A stretch of 63,149 nt of DNA, filler included, from Atractiella rhizophila (Eukaryota): NCBI GenBank assembly GCA_021432655.1. It is 3 parts of 3 records of this genome, joined end to end, with 100 filler letters (N's around TTAATTAATTAA, not from the genome) between each part and the next. Parts side by side here need not be neighbours in the genome. Positions count along the whole stretch, not along the records: positions 45,605 to 63,149 come from MU271839.1; 2 more parts are not named here. The stretch is one strand, 5' to 3'. The position numbers were made by a program, and so were the translations under genes. Shown in pieces: positions 60,994 through 63,149 of the stretch (the first letter of the stretch is position 1; every line of letters starts with the position of its first letter). The notes below the pieces were generated by a model. That model had not been told where the DNA came from. It made no database searches and was given only the letters and a program-made list of their open reading frames with translations.

Positions 60994-63149
60994 ATGGCCT
61001 ACCCACCAACAAGCCCAGCACCACCCCCAAAGGTCGCCATCCAGGAGGAGGACATGGCCCACCACGCCTACGAGGACGTCGAGGGAGAAGCAGATGGAGA
61101 GGAGGTCATCAGTGCGTTGGACGCGACAATAGATGACATCGGAATGGTGCGTCTCTCTCTCTCTGCAGTCGCAGTTGGAAAGAGGTGAACGCTTCCGTTT
61201 TGGGGTGGCGACGTGCGATGCTAGGGGAGGTATCAACAACGTTTGCTGTGCGTCTATCTCTCTCCATGATCGCCCAGAAAGAGTGAGGGTGTCGCGCTGG
61301 GAATAGGGTACTGTGCGGTTGTGAGCCTCCTTTCCTGTGCCCCGGTTGGTATAGAACTGCCACTCATTAATTGATTCAGTCGGCTGGATGGCGGACAACG
61401 TTCGTCTCGTCCTCCCATTCGTCCACACCACATTGGTACGCTAACAAGTGAGACTGAACGCAGATGTGGCTCCAATGCGTATCCATCATCCTTCCACGAG
61501 TACAAGGTCCGATTTCCTTCTCTCGCCAGCTCCAGGGTCTAACGAATCCTCAGACGAATGGAGCCTTCCCGAACGTTACGTCGGTCTTCTGTCCTCTGCG
61601 ACCTTCGCCGGAATGATGCTGGGAGCATGGGGATGGGGGAGTTGTGCGTGTCTCCTGTCTCCTTCTCTGTCTCGACGCATCACTCAAGTCAGTCCGATAG
61701 TTTCTGATTCATACGGTCGCACACCAGCGTTCAATGGCACCCTGTTACTGACAGCAGTATTCGGTCTCCTCGCCGGTTCGTCTTCCTCCTCCCGCCTTCT
61801 CGCATCCTATTCTCGTCTGCAATAAGACTGAGCCATGGTGTGTAGGGTACGCGCCGAACTTTGGGTCGCTGTGCGCTTCGATGTTTTGTCTGGGAACAGG
61901 GATTGGAGGTGCCTTTCTCCTTCTCCCATACATAGCTTGTCCTGATTATTTGAGCAGGAAGTATGCCCACTGATGGTTCGTTTCCTCCTCTATTTAATGA
62001 ATGGTTACTGACTCTGTACCTTGATGCTAGGCACACTGTGGGTTCCTTTATTTTGTGCAGAAGAGAAATGATGGGTCTGATGGTGTCGTTGAAGGTTTCT
62101 TGAGAATATTCCGAAAGCGAAAGCCTACCTCCTCACAGGACTAAGCGTCTTGTAAGCCATCCCTTCTTCCGCTTCGCTTTCTAATGCTATTTAATATCTG
62201 ACGTGGTTGGATAATTGGACAGTTTCTCCGTTGGCGCAGTCCTCTCTTCCGTCCTAGGCTACATCATCATACCGCCTCACTCCTGCTCAAAGGTCGCAGA
62301 CGTGCCGTGCAATGTGCAAGTCGAAAACATCGTGAGTTTAGCCTAATCATCGCTCCTTGTATTTGTCTCATAAGCATGAATGAAGGGCTGGCGGTCTCTT
62401 CTTCGGTGGTTGGGCATCATCGTTCGTCCCTCCCCCTTCTTTGATAACCCCTCATGGATACCCGTCCTTGCGTGGCGCGGCAGACATTCGTGATGCTCTT
62501 CGCTCGTCTTGCGCTCTTCAAACTCGAAGAGTCGCCAAAGGTACACTTTCTCCTCTCTTGTCCATGACCGTCGCTAACACCAACCTGTGATGGCAGTTCC
62601 TCGTCTCCACAGGTCGCGCGGACGAAGCCATCCTCGTCCTCCGCCGCATCTGCCACTACAACGGTATCACCGCTCCCTCCTCCGTGCACGACATCAAAGA
62701 CGAAGGCTCGACCTTCGCCTCCATTCCCGTCGAAGGCGAAGGGGGCTACACCGCGCTTCCGACGGAGGAGGAGGTGCGGAACGTGCGTGCGGAGCGGAGG
62801 GCGAGGATTGGGAGTTCGAGCGAGCTCTTGACGAGGAAGAAGATGGGCGGGAAGGGCAGCGTGTTTCTTCAGAGGGTCGAGGAGCTTTTGGAGGGCAGGT
62901 GGAGACGGGTCACTTTCTTTGGTGGGCTTTCCTCTCCTTTCTGCTCCCTGCTGTGAGCCATGGGTGCTCTTTGCTCATTGGAGGGATTTTGTGTTGCTAG
63001 TGTGGGCCATTTGGACGGCTGTGTCGGCTGGCTTCACTATCTTTAATGGTTTCCTCCCTTCTTATTTGGAGCGGAAAGTCATCGATCTAGACCCTTCATC
63101 AAATACACTAGAGGAGACCTTAAGGGACAGCGTGATCTACACAGGTTCG
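60994..63149 (+). CDS. MFS transporter, SV2/SVOP-like; runs off the window end
   Basis: LDATIDDIGMGRYQ..L.VLCGFGWMADNMW, GMMLGAWGWG..SDSYGR..AFN, GSMPTDGTLFLE, GWR and ESPKFL across many short exons. Confidence 0.9.

Overview
Intron-rich fungal genomic DNA. Gene content and short GT-AG introns point to a basidiomycete, plausibly Pucciniomycotina (inference). Two artificial linkers (N44-TTAATTAATTAA-N44 at 22781-22880 and 45505-45604) split it into three pieces, and genes are truncated at both linkers, so adjacency across them is not established. Piece 1 (1-22780) is ordinary gene-dense DNA: SYO1-like, CK2 beta, a multi-TM protein, a TatD/Scn1 hydrolase, GDP-mannose 4,6-dehydratase, EXO84, ISC1, a PriA/CPL1-like secreted protein and a conserved hypothetical gene. 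Piece 3 (45605-63149) holds GPI1, two VTT/DedA genes (TVP38-like, TMEM41-like) flanking a frameshifted trypsin-like protease, PSF3, an F-box-like gene, PIG-U/GAB1 and an SV2-like MFS transporter. Piece 2 (22881-45504) is accessory and structurally odd. It has an alpha-kinase apparently spliced to an RTC4-like CxxC region, two copies of a PD-(D/E)XK nuclease gene in a 2.25-kb direct repeat, a 1.85-kb non-autonomous PIF/Harbinger-type element (13-bp TIR, TAA TSD), tandem duplications, and a BTB-domain gene with a near-consensus CRIB motif inside the BTB domain. About 4.9 kb (30182-~35100) is a mirror copy (reversed but not complemented) of 22881-~27090. It sits beside an exactly 25-N gap and is most likely an assembly artefact, so ORFs called there are meaningless, although its complement supplies gene sequence lost at the first linker. 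The best biological candidates are the BTB-CRIB protein and the alpha-kinase/nuclease cluster. All protein assignments are by motif recognition, not database search, and many exon boundaries are approximate.
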